A DNA stretch of 64,000 nucleotides, from NCBI GenBank assembly GCA_963798845.1, contig CAWCUS010000006.1, positions 704,001 to 768,000 on the forward strand, written 5' to 3'. Source of the stretch: an uncultured Gemmatimonadales bacterium. Its GTDB lineage: Bacteria > Gemmatimonadota > Gemmatimonadetes > Longimicrobiales > RSA9. This document shows positions 47,137 through 55,142 of this stretch, piece after piece. The notes below the pieces were generated by a model. The model saw nothing but the letters and a program-made list of their open reading frames with translations, was not told the origin of the DNA and did no database searches. Made by a program: the position numbers and the translations under genes. The stretch's first letter is position 1. Every line of letters starts with the position of its first letter.

Positions 47137-48233
47137 CGGCCGGCGGAGGTGGCAAGGCGGAGCTGGCGGAGGCGCGGGACATCTGCGTCGTCCTGCTCAC
47201 CGGGCTGGGCGACGTGGTGCACGGGCTGCCGGTGGTGAACGCGCTCAAGCGGGCAGTTCCGGAGCGCCGGATCACGTGGGTGGTGGAGCCGATGCCCGCG
47301 CCTGTGCTCGAGGAGCACCCGGCCGTGGACCGGGTGGTGGTCTTCCACAAGAAGGACGGGGTGCGCGGCGTCGGCCGGCTGGCGGGCGAGCTCCGGCGCT
47401 CGCGCTTCGACGTCGCCATCAACCTCAACATCTACTTCAAGAGCGTCTTCCCCACGGTCCTCTCCCGCGCTCCGGTGCGGCTCGGCTTCGATCGGGGTCG
47501 GGCGGCGGACGCGGTCTGGCTGTTCGCGAACCACCCCCTTCCGCCGCGTCCGAGGGCCCACACCCAGGACATGTTCCTGGAGTTCCTCGAGCCGTTCGGC
47601 CTGAGCCCGGATCCGCTCGAGTGGCGCCTCTCCCCCACCCGCACCGAGCGGGCGGAGCAGGCGGCGTTCTTCGCGCGCTTCGATCGTCCCGTGGTGGCGG
47701 TGGTGCCGGCATCGGCGAATCCGAAGAAGGACTGGGTCGCGGAGCGGTACGCACGGGTGGTGGAAAGCCTGGAGCGCGATCACGGCTTCGCCACGCTGAT
47801 CGTCGGCGGGCCCTCGGAGAGGGAGCGCGCGACCGCGGAAGCGATCGTGGCCGCTGCGGACGCGGCGCCGGTGGTCGCCCTCGGCGGGGGGATCCGGCGG
47901 CTGATCTGGATGCTGGAGGGAAGTGGGCTGGTGCTGGCGCCGGACACCGGCCCCGTGCACCTTGCCCGGGCCATGGGCGTTCCCGTCATAGGGCTGTACG
48001 GGCATACGAACCCGTGGCGCGTGGGGCCGTATCGCCGCTACCAGGAGCTGTGGGTGGACGCCTACACCGAGCCCGGCGAGGCCCCGGACCCCTCGAACGC
48101 CACCCCGAAGCTGGGACGGATGGAGCGGATCACCGTGGAGAAGGTGCTGGAGCGCGTGGCGCTGGCGGTGGAGCGCTATCCGCCGGACGGCAGGCCCGGG
48201 GCGGGGACGGACACCGCACGGCCGCGCGGGTGA
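47133..48233 (+). CDS. GT9 family LPS heptosyltransferase (paralogue of 39490..40542)
   Basis: LTGLGDVVH, KDWVAERY, APDTGPVHLA, VIGLYGHTNP. Confidence 0.9.
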   Translation: MTAGGGGKAELAEARDICVVLLTGLGDVVHGLPVVNALKRAVPERRITWVVEPMPAPVLEEHPAVDRVVVFHKKDGVRGVGRLAGELRRSRFDVAINLNIYFKSVFPTVLSRAPVRLGFDRGRAADAVWLFANHPLPPRPRAHTQDMFLEFLEPFGLSPDPLEWRLSPTRTERAEQAAFFARFDRPVVAVVPASANPKKDWVAERYARVVESLERDHGFATLIVGGPSERERATAEAIVAAADAAPVVALGGGIRRLIWMLEGSGLVLAPDTGPVHLARAMGVPVIGLYGHTNPWRVGPYRRYQELWVDAYTEPGEAPDPSNATPKLGRMERITVEKVLERVALAVERYPPDGRPGAGTDTARPRG

Positions 48234-48277
48234 GGGCGGGGCAGCCGGTGAGCGGGGGTGGGCGCGGGGGCGCGGGG

Positions 48278-49204
48278 GTGAAGGGGCTGCGTCGCGGCGT
48301 TCAGCACCGTATCGAATACGCCCTGGTCCTGCTTGCGCGAGGTCTCGACCGCATCCTCGGCCGCCGGGTCATGGAATGGGGAGTGACGCGGCTCGGGCGC
48401 TTCGCCTACCGCCCGCTCGGGATCCGGGCGCGCGTGGTCGAAGACCAGCTTCGCCGCGCGTTTCCGGACCGGGACGAGGCGTGGGTCCGCCGCACCGCCG
48501 CGGCGGCGTACGGGCACGTGGCCCGGGAAGGCCTCGCGCTGCTGCGGGTCTCGCGCCTCGGCCGCGACGACATCCTGGCGCTCACCGAAGTCGACGAGGG
48601 CGTCGATGCCATGAAGCGCGCCGTGGACGAAGGGACCGGCGCCGTTCTGGTCGCGGGGCATTTCGGCAACTGGGAGATCGGCGGCGCCGCCATCGCCGCA
48701 CGGGGCATCCCGCTGGACGTGGTGGCCCGGCGCCAGTCCAACCCGCTCTTCGACCGGCTGGTGAACTCGGCTCGCGAACGCCTCGGGATGCGCGTGATCG
48801 AGCGCTGGGAGGCCACCCGGAAGTCCCTGCGCACGCTGCGGGAGGGCAGGGTTCTCGCCCTGGTCGCGGACCAGGACGCGCGGGCTGCGGGCGTTTTCGT
48901 GCCGTTCATGGGGCGCCCGGCCTCCACCTTTCGGGGACCAGCCGTCCTGGCGCAGAGGTCCGGCGCGCCCGTATTCATTGGCACGGCGCTGCGCCGGCCG
49001 GACGGGCGCTACGACGTGCGCGTCCGCGAGATCCCGCTGCCGTCCGGCGACGACCCGGAAGCGCAGGTGCGGGCCCTGACCGCCGCTCACGTGGCGGCCC
49101 TGGAATCCGCTGTCCGATCCGCACCCGAGCAGTACTTCTGGCACCACCGCCGCTGGAAGACGCCGCCGCCCGCAGGGGAACGGCCCCCAGGCGGGGAGGT
49201 ATAA
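48278..49204 (+). CDS. lpxL: Lipid A late acyltransferase (LpxL/HtrB family)
   Basis: GHFGNWE, LVADQD, VPFMGRPA, PEQYFWHHRRWK; start may be GTG 48248. Confidence 0.85.
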   Translation: MKGLRRGVQHRIEYALVLLARGLDRILGRRVMEWGVTRLGRFAYRPLGIRARVVEDQLRRAFPDRDEAWVRRTAAAAYGHVAREGLALLRVSRLGRDDILALTEVDEGVDAMKRAVDEGTGAVLVAGHFGNWEIGGAAIAARGIPLDVVARRQSNPLFDRLVNSARERLGMRVIERWEATRKSLRTLREGRVLALVADQDARAAGVFVPFMGRPASTFRGPAVLAQRSGAPVFIGTALRRPDGRYDVRVREIPLPSGDDPEAQVRALTAAHVAALESAVRSAPEQYFWHHRRWKTPPPAGERPPGGEV

Positions 49205-49244
49205 GCGCGTAGCGGAACGGAACCCTGGCTCTGGAAGCTATTTC

Positions 49245-50105
49245 GTGGTCTACATCTGCATACCGGCGTACAACGAGGAACGGACGATCGGCGTGGTCCT
49301 CTGGAAGATCCGGCAGGTGATGTCGGAGTTCGACCGGGACTACGAGGTGCTGGTGGTCGATGACGGCTCCACCGACGGGACGGGGGACGTCATCGAGCCG
49401 TACGCCCGGATCATGCCCGTCCACGTCCGGCGCCACGAGCGACGGGAGGGATACGCGTCGTCGCTCGACGCGCTCCTCCGGGAAGCCGTGGTGCGGTCGG
49501 CCTATCCCAAGCGGGACATCGTGGTCACACTCCAGGCCGACTTCACCGACGAGCCCGAGGATGTGGCCACGCTGGTCAAGCGGATCGAGGGCGGCGCGGA
49601 CGTGGTCACCGGACGGGTCCAGCGCGGTCCGGACGGTGCCCGGCCCCTGGTGCGGTGGGCCCGCAGACTCTGGCACCACCTGCTCCGCCGGCTGCGCGCC
49701 GGGCACGGCGACGCCGACCTCTTCTCAGGATTCCGGGCGTACCGCGTGATCGTTCTGCGCAACGCGATGGAAGCGGCGGCGGATGCTCCACTGGCCACGG
49801 GCGACGTCTGGGCCGCCAGCGCAGAGCTGCTGGGACGCGTGCTCCCCCATTCCCGGCGCACCGAGACCGTGGAGGTTCGCTTCCGCCCCGCTCGCCGCCA
49901 GCGCACCAGCCGCTTCGATGGCTGGCGGTCCTCGGCGGATCTCGCGCGGCTGTTCCGATCCGGCACGGCGCGGTCGAGCTTCGCGCCACCGGCGGAGGCG
50001 GCGGGCGCGGTGAGCGTTGCGGACGCGGAGTCGCCGGGGAACGGAGGCGAGGGAGCGCGGCGCCCGGGCGCCCGCCGTGACCGGGAGACGCGGGGGTCGG
50101 CGTGA
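49245..50105 (+). CDS. GT2 family glycosyltransferase
   Basis: IPAYNEE, VVDDGSTDGT, TLQADFTD, SGFRAYR. Confidence 0.88.
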   Translation: MVYICIPAYNEERTIGVVLWKIRQVMSEFDRDYEVLVVDDGSTDGTGDVIEPYARIMPVHVRRHERREGYASSLDALLREAVVRSAYPKRDIVVTLQADFTDEPEDVATLVKRIEGGADVVTGRVQRGPDGARPLVRWARRLWHHLLRRLRAGHGDADLFSGFRAYRVIVLRNAMEAAADAPLATGDVWAASAELLGRVLPHSRRTETVEVRFRPARRQRTSRFDGWRSSADLARLFRSGTARSSFAPPAEAAGAVSVADAESPGNGGEGARRPGARRDRETRGSA

Positions 50106-50866
50106 AGCGCCCGCGCCTGGCCGTCGCGGTGCTCGCGTGCTGCCTCGCCTTCACCACCGGCGGGGGCGCGCAGACGGCACCCCCCGATCGCTTCGTGCCG
50201 TTCGGCCCCGGGGAGCGGGCGGAATACGCCGTGTCGCTCGGGCTGTTCGGGAACGTCGGAAAAGGCTCCATGGAAGTGGTGGGCGTCGACTCGGTCGACG
50301 GGCACCCGACGTTCCACCTCCGTTTCACCGTGAAGGGGAAAGTGGCGTTCGCTGGCGTGGACGACGTGCTCGAGTCGTGGATGGACGTGAACGGGCTGTT
50401 CACCCGTCGCATCCACAAGGACCAGGACGAGGTCAACTACGAGACGGACCGCTGGTACGACGTCTATCCCGAGCAGATGATCTACCGGCGCCGCTCGACC
50501 GGCTCCGTGGACACGCTCGCCAGCGCCCAGCCGCTGGACGAGGTCTCGTTCCTCTACTACATCCGTACGCTCCCGCTGGAAGTGGGCGAGACGTACACGT
50601 TCGAGCGGTACTACAAGCGCTCGGGCAACCCGGTGACGCTGAAGGTGGTGCGTCGCGACACGATGGAGGGACTCAACGGGAGCAGGATCCCCGTGATCGT
50701 GGTGCGGCCGATCATCCAGACCCAGGGGCTGTTCGGCGAGGGTGGAGAGGCGGAGGTCTACTTCACGGATGACTGGCGCCGGATCCTGGTGAAGATGACG
50801 TCCAAGGTTCCGGTCATCGGTCGCCTCGGCCTCATGCTCACCAGCTACACGCCCGTGCCCCGCTGA
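50102..50866 (+). CDS. DUF3108 family exported protein
   Basis: Signal peptide; PFGPGERAEY, LDEVSFLYYIR, VYFTDDWRRILVK. Confidence 0.75.
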   Translation: MKRPRLAVAVLACCLAFTTGGGAQTAPPDRFVPFGPGERAEYAVSLGLFGNVGKGSMEVVGVDSVDGHPTFHLRFTVKGKVAFAGVDDVLESWMDVNGLFTRRIHKDQDEVNYETDRWYDVYPEQMIYRRRSTGSVDTLASAQPLDEVSFLYYIRTLPLEVGETYTFERYYKRSGNPVTLKVVRRDTMEGLNGSRIPVIVVRPIIQTQGLFGEGGEAEVYFTDDWRRILVKMTSKVPVIGRLGLMLTSYTPVPR

Positions 50867-50903
50867 GCCGGCCGCGGGTTCCGGATCCGAAGGGGAGGCG
50901 AGG

Positions 50904-51870
50904 ATGAGCGATCACGGCGAGGTCGACCTTTCGCGGGTCCGGACGTTTCCGGTCGCGTTGCGGCCGAACAAGGTCCGGGCCGAGGACTTCGCCGGCGTTC
51001 CGGGCGACGATCGCTCGTTCGCCGCCTTCCTGCACTCCCTCCCCGACATCCTCCAGGCGCGCAGCTTCCTCGCGGTCGTGGACGCCATCGCGGCGGCGGC
51101 GAGGTCGGGCCGTGGCGTGGTGTGCATGATGGGCGGCCACGTGGTCAAGACCGGCGTCGGACCCCTTCTCATCGAGCTCGTGCGACGGGGCGTGGTCACG
51201 CAGCTGGCCAGCAACGGCTCCGCCGTGATCCACGACTACGAGAATGGCTCGCTGGGGTGGAACCAGCGAGGACGTGGAGGCGGGGCTCGCCGATGGCACC
51301 TTCGGCATGGCGGACGAGACCGGTCGCGAGATGAACGAGGCGATCCGCCGCGGCGCCCGAGAGGGATGGGGACTCGGCGAGTCGCTCGGCCGGGAGCTGG
51401 AAGCGTTCGCGGGGCGAGGCGAGCTGGCGCACGGGGAACGGTCGCTGCTCCTGGCCGCGCGGGCCGCAGGCGTGCAATTCACCGTCCACGCGGCGCTGGG
51501 CGCGGAGATCATCCATCAGCACCCTGCCGCCAATGGCGCCGCCATCGGCGACACGAGCATGCGGGATTTCCGCCGTCTGGCCGAGTCGCTGACCGGGCTG
51601 GAGGACGGGGTGGTGCTGAACCTCGGCTCGGCCGTCGTCATGCCCGAGGTCTTCCTGAAGGCGCTCACCGTGTGCCGGAACATCCATGACGGGCGACCCG
51701 GTGCGTTCACGGCCGTGGACCTGGACATGATCCGGCATTACCGGCCGCGCATGAACGTCGTGGAGCGACCCACGCGGACGGGTGGCGGGACGGGGTATCA
51801 GATCACCGGGCACCACGAGATCATGGTACCGCTGCTGGTGTGGGCGGTGCTCGATCGGCTGGAACGCTGA
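50904..51870 (+). CDS. Deoxyhypusine-synthase-like protein (apparent 1-bp insertion near 51243)
   Basis: GGHVVKTG, NGSAVIHDYE, then SEDV...DGTFGMADETG, TVHAALG, NLGSAVVMPEVFLKAL, GHHEIMVPLL in the next frame; GAGAATG minus one A joins the two ORFs. Confidence 0.75.
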
Positions 51871-54370
51871 TCCCGCCGGGCCGCGGCGCCGGGCCGGACT
51901 GCGGCCGGGCGAAGCGCAGCAGCAGGCGGTGCGACAGGTCCGCGGCGTACACGAAGAGCCGGTCGGCCGCCAGCCCGTAGAACGCCGCGCCGGGAACGCG
52001 CGCGACGGTGCGGACCCCGTCGCCGTCCACGGCCAGGATCCGTCCCTCGCCCCCTCGCTCCGCCGCGTAGACGCCGCCGCCGGGGGCCGCCGCCACGGCC
52101 ACCAGCCGGCCCCGCTCGACTCCCGTTCGCACCACCGTGACCGTCCCGTCGGGATCCACGCGCGCGATGTCGCCCGAATACAGCGCGGCGAACACGCGCC
52201 CGTCCCGATCCGCCGCGACCTGGTAGACCGCCTGCCGCAGGTCGAGCCAGACCGCGGCGACGCCGCCCGGAGACACCCGCGTCAGACGCCCGGACCACTC
52301 GGCCACCAGCAGGCTCCCGTCCGGGAGCGTCGTCAGTCCGTAGGCAGGCCCGTCCACCGGCCTCGCGGCCACCAGCGCGGCGGTGCCATCCGGATCGGCA
52401 CGGTAGAGATACGTCTCGTCGTGCGCCCGGGCGAGCACGTACACCCCCCCGCCAGGGGCGGGGGTGGGGGAGTAGAGGGCGTCGGCGGGGAGCCGGACGA
52501 GGGTGCGGGCGAAGCCGCCGTCGCCCGGCAGGAGGAGGAGCCGGGGGCGCGGCCGAAGCCCCACAGCGTTCCAGGCCATGCCGCCCAGCACCACTCCGCT
52601 CCCGGCCGCCGCAAGCCCCCACGTCCAGTCGATCTCCCTGGCCACCGCCGCCGGGGCGCCCGGAGCGGCCACGCGCATCGTCACCGACAGCCGGTCGGCC
52701 ACCCGTCCGGTGCGCGACTCCACCAGCTCCACGTCCGCGGGGTGGTCGCCGGGGGCGAGGTGACCCCCGTCGGCGACGAGCCGGACCGCGCCCCTCACGC
52801 GCCGCACGTGCAGCCAGGTCGCGGCCGACCGCGGCCGCCACTCCGCCGCAGCGCCGTCGGCGCGCACGTCGACGTCCGTCTCAATGGCGGGTCCGTCCAC
52901 GCTGGTGGTGAGTGCGACGGCGAGGCGCGACCACGCGAGACCGGGGATGCTGCGCGCCCGGACGAGCGTTTCCGTCGCATTCCCGATCGCATCCAGCGTC
53001 AACGGCAGGCGCTCCGATTCGGGCGGGACCCGCAGGCCGGGGAAGGGACCGGCAGTGTCCTCCCCGTCCACCACCGCCAGGATGCCGTCGGCGTCCCGGG
53101 CGACGAGCGCGACGGCCGGCTGGCGCTCATCTCCGTTCCACATCCCGGCCTGCGCGCGCTCCGGGTCCACCATCCACACCAGCAGGCCGTGACCTGGAAG
53201 GTCCCGGTCCGATCCCGCCACCGTCCGCTCCTCCAGCAGCAGGTAGCGCCCGCTGCCATCGGGGACGGTCACGCGGAGGATCCGGTCCCGCCCACCGCTC
53301 GCCTGAATCACGCCCGTGCTGTCCAGCTCGAGCCGGTCCTCCCGCACCCAGCCCAGCTTTTCCCTGACCCACGCCCCGGGGTGCGCAGGGGAATGCGGGC
53401 TGGAATGGCTACCCGTCCCCATGAGACCCCACGACCCGATGCCGTACGAGCTGCCGTCGTAGTCGTACAGGTCCGGCATTCCGAACGCGTGCGCAGTCTC
53501 GTGGGCCAGCACGCCGATCTGAGACGGCGCGCACGTCGCAGCGGAGAGGGCGGGGAGGATGACGTAGTCGGCGATCCGGATGAACCCGCCGCCCGCCGCC
53601 CGGTCGTCGGTGACGTACGGCGCCATCGCTCCACGGTGTGGCCAGATCGCCCCCTCGCCCGAACGCCGGCCGCAACGAGTGGCGTAGAAGAAGGCGACGA
53701 AGTCGACGAAACCGTCGTCGTCGCCCGAGTTGGGAATGCCGTCGGGGCCGTCGTTGTCGAACGTCGAGAAGTCCAGCGCCGGATCCGCCCTGTCCAGCGC
53801 CTCCTGCCGGAGCTCCGCCACCCGGCCGAAGCGCCCCCACCCCTCGTCCTCGCCTCGCAGGTAATGGCGCGCCGGGTTGGGAAGGCGCACCCAGGAAGTG
53901 ACCATGCCGTGCACATCCACCAGTCCGCCACTCACCTCCCGCCAGTAGGCGGCGTAGCTCACGGTGTCACCCCGGCTCTCCCCGAACAGCCGGTTCGCCA
54001 TCGACACCGGAGCGAACGGGGCGGCCACGTCCGCGTAGCGGACCAGGATCACCGGCACCCGGAGATCGCCCGTGAGCGCGCCGCCCACCCGCGCCATGTC
54101 GGCTGGAGAGGCCCCGTCCAGGAGGCCCGCAGCCCTCAGCTCGGCGCGCCGACGGATCACCGCGTCCGTCTTTCGCAGCCATGCGCGGCTGAATTCCTGG
54201 AGCGAGCTCCCGCTCCGCCCCAGGCCCTCGATCTCCGAAGGCACCAGCGCTCCCCCGGCTGCGGGCAGCACGGCCGCGTCCTGCGCGCTCGCTTCCGTCG
54301 CTCCGGTCCAGACGAGGATGCCGAGAAGCAGCACCCGTACGCCCGACCCTGCGAAGGGAAGTCGGTGGAT
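51821..54370 (-). CDS. Secreted M6 (immune inhibitor A-like) metalloprotease with BACON-like and beta-propeller domains
   Basis: PVILVRYAD, FDNDGPDG, HETAHAFGMPDLYD zinc motif, WGLMGTGS; C-terminal repeats such as PDGSLLVAE and DGRVFAAL; start uncertain. Confidence 0.85.
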   Translation of the reverse strand: MHRLPFAGSGVRVLLLGILVWTGATEASAQDAAVLPAAGGALVPSEIEGLGRSGSSLQEFSRAWLRKTDAVIRRRAELRAAGLLDGASPADMARVGGALTGDLRVPVILVRYADVAAPFAPVSMANRLFGESRGDTVSYAAYWREVSGGLVDVHGMVTSWVRLPNPARHYLRGEDEGWGRFGRVAELRQEALDRADPALDFSTFDNDGPDGIPNSGDDDGFVDFVAFFYATRCGRRSGEGAIWPHRGAMAPYVTDDRAAGGGFIRIADYVILPALSAATCAPSQIGVLAHETAHAFGMPDLYDYDGSSYGIGSWGLMGTGSHSSPHSPAHPGAWVREKLGWVREDRLELDSTGVIQASGGRDRILRVTVPDGSGRYLLLEERTVAGSDRDLPGHGLLVWMVDPERAQAGMWNGDERQPAVALVARDADGILAVVDGEDTAGPFPGLRVPPESERLPLTLDAIGNATETLVRARSIPGLAWSRLAVALTTSVDGPAIETDVDVRADGAAAEWRPRSAATWLHVRRVRGAVRLVADGGHLAPGDHPADVELVESRTGRVADRLSVTMRVAAPGAPAAVAREIDWTWGLAAAGSGVVLGGMAWNAVGLRPRPRLLLLPGDGGFARTLVRLPADALYSPTPAPGGGVYVLARAHDETYLYRADPDGTAALVAARPVDGPAYGLTTLPDGSLLVAEWSGRLTRVSPGGVAAVWLDLRQAVYQVAADRDGRVFAALYSGDIARVDPDGTVTVVRTGVERGRLVAVAAAPGGGVYAAERGGEGRILAVDGDGVRTVARVPGAAFYGLAADRLFVYAADLSHRLLLRFARPQSGPAPRPGGISVPADRAPPTPAAVP

Positions 54371-54531
54371 GACTCCCTCCTGGATGGGGTTGCCCCGCTC
54401 CCTCGCGGGGACTGCTCGTGTGTGGCGTTCGACGAGGAGATTCCGACCGGGAACGAGAGGCCCTCCACAGCCCCTCGCACTACAAATGTTCCACCCGCCC
54501 ACGCGCACCGTCAAGCTTCCCGATCCAGGGG

Positions 54532-54559
54532 TTGACCTCTCTCCAGCCAACGCTATAAT
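54532..54559 (+). promoter_or_regulatory. sigma70 promoter of the tRNA pair
   Basis: TTGACC (54532-54537), 16 nt, TATAAT (54554-54559), GC-rich discriminator. Confidence 0.8.
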
Positions 54560-54571
54560 TCGGGCTGCCTT

Positions 54572-54644
54572 GCCCCCATCGTCTAGTGGCCTAGGATATC
54601 TGGTTCTCAGCCAGGAGACCGGGGTTCGATTCCCCGTGGGGGTA
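54572..54644 (+). tRNA. tRNA-Glu (CTC)
   Basis: Acceptor GCCCCCA/TGGGGGT, D arm GTCTAGTGGCCTAGGAT, anticodon loop TT-CTC-AG, GGTTCGATTCC T arm; CCA not encoded. Confidence 0.96.
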
Positions 54645-54651
54645 TGTGGGC

Positions 54652-54725
<74 letters not shown>

Positions 54726-54727
54726 TG

Positions 54728-54773
54728 AACGCCGTAAACCGTTGCACCACAATGGTTTACGGCGTTTTCTTTT
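54728..54773 (+). terminator. Intrinsic terminator after the tRNA pair
   Basis: AACGCCGTAAACC (54728-54740) pairs with GGTTTACGGCGTT (54754-54766), followed by TTCTTT. Confidence 0.8.
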
Positions 54774-54848
54774 AGGGATGGTTTGCCGGTTGCTGCTGCA
54801 ATAGGGCGATGGGAGCGAGCGGGCGCCGTCGCGCGGACCGCGAGCGGC

Positions 54849-55142
54849 TCAGGGCCCTTCGCCGGCTCCGTGCTGCCCGGACTCCCGCCGACTCCGCTTC
54901 TGCTGCCGGCGGACGGCGCGGTCGCAGGTGGCGACGATCCAGTAGAGCGCGACGAGGAAGGCGCCGAGGCCGACCCAGGTCCACGTCCCGCCTGCCCCCA
55001 GATAGATCGTGACCAGGGCGGCGACGGCGAGGGCGAAGGCCGCTCCGAGCTGCCCCTCCGAGACGGTGGTCGTGAGGCGGTGCTGCCCCCATTCCTCCTC
55101 CGGGAGCAGGACCCCGTGCTGCCTGAGGTCATCCATGCTCAT
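54849..55142 (-). CDS. Small 2-TM membrane protein
   Basis: ATGA overlap with the transporter stop; two hydrophobic helices; basic tail. Confidence 0.7.
   Translation of the reverse strand: MSMDDLRQHGVLLPEEEWGQHRLTTTVSEGQLGAAFALAVAALVTIYLGAGGTWTWVGLGAFLVALYWIVATCDRAVRRQQKRSRRESGQHGAGEGP

Noticed and set aside
25845..51250. Programmed frameshifting at about 25852, 26247 and 51243
   Set aside because: Single extra bases in short runs (two are AGAATG), with no slippery heptamer; sequencing indels are more parsimonious.
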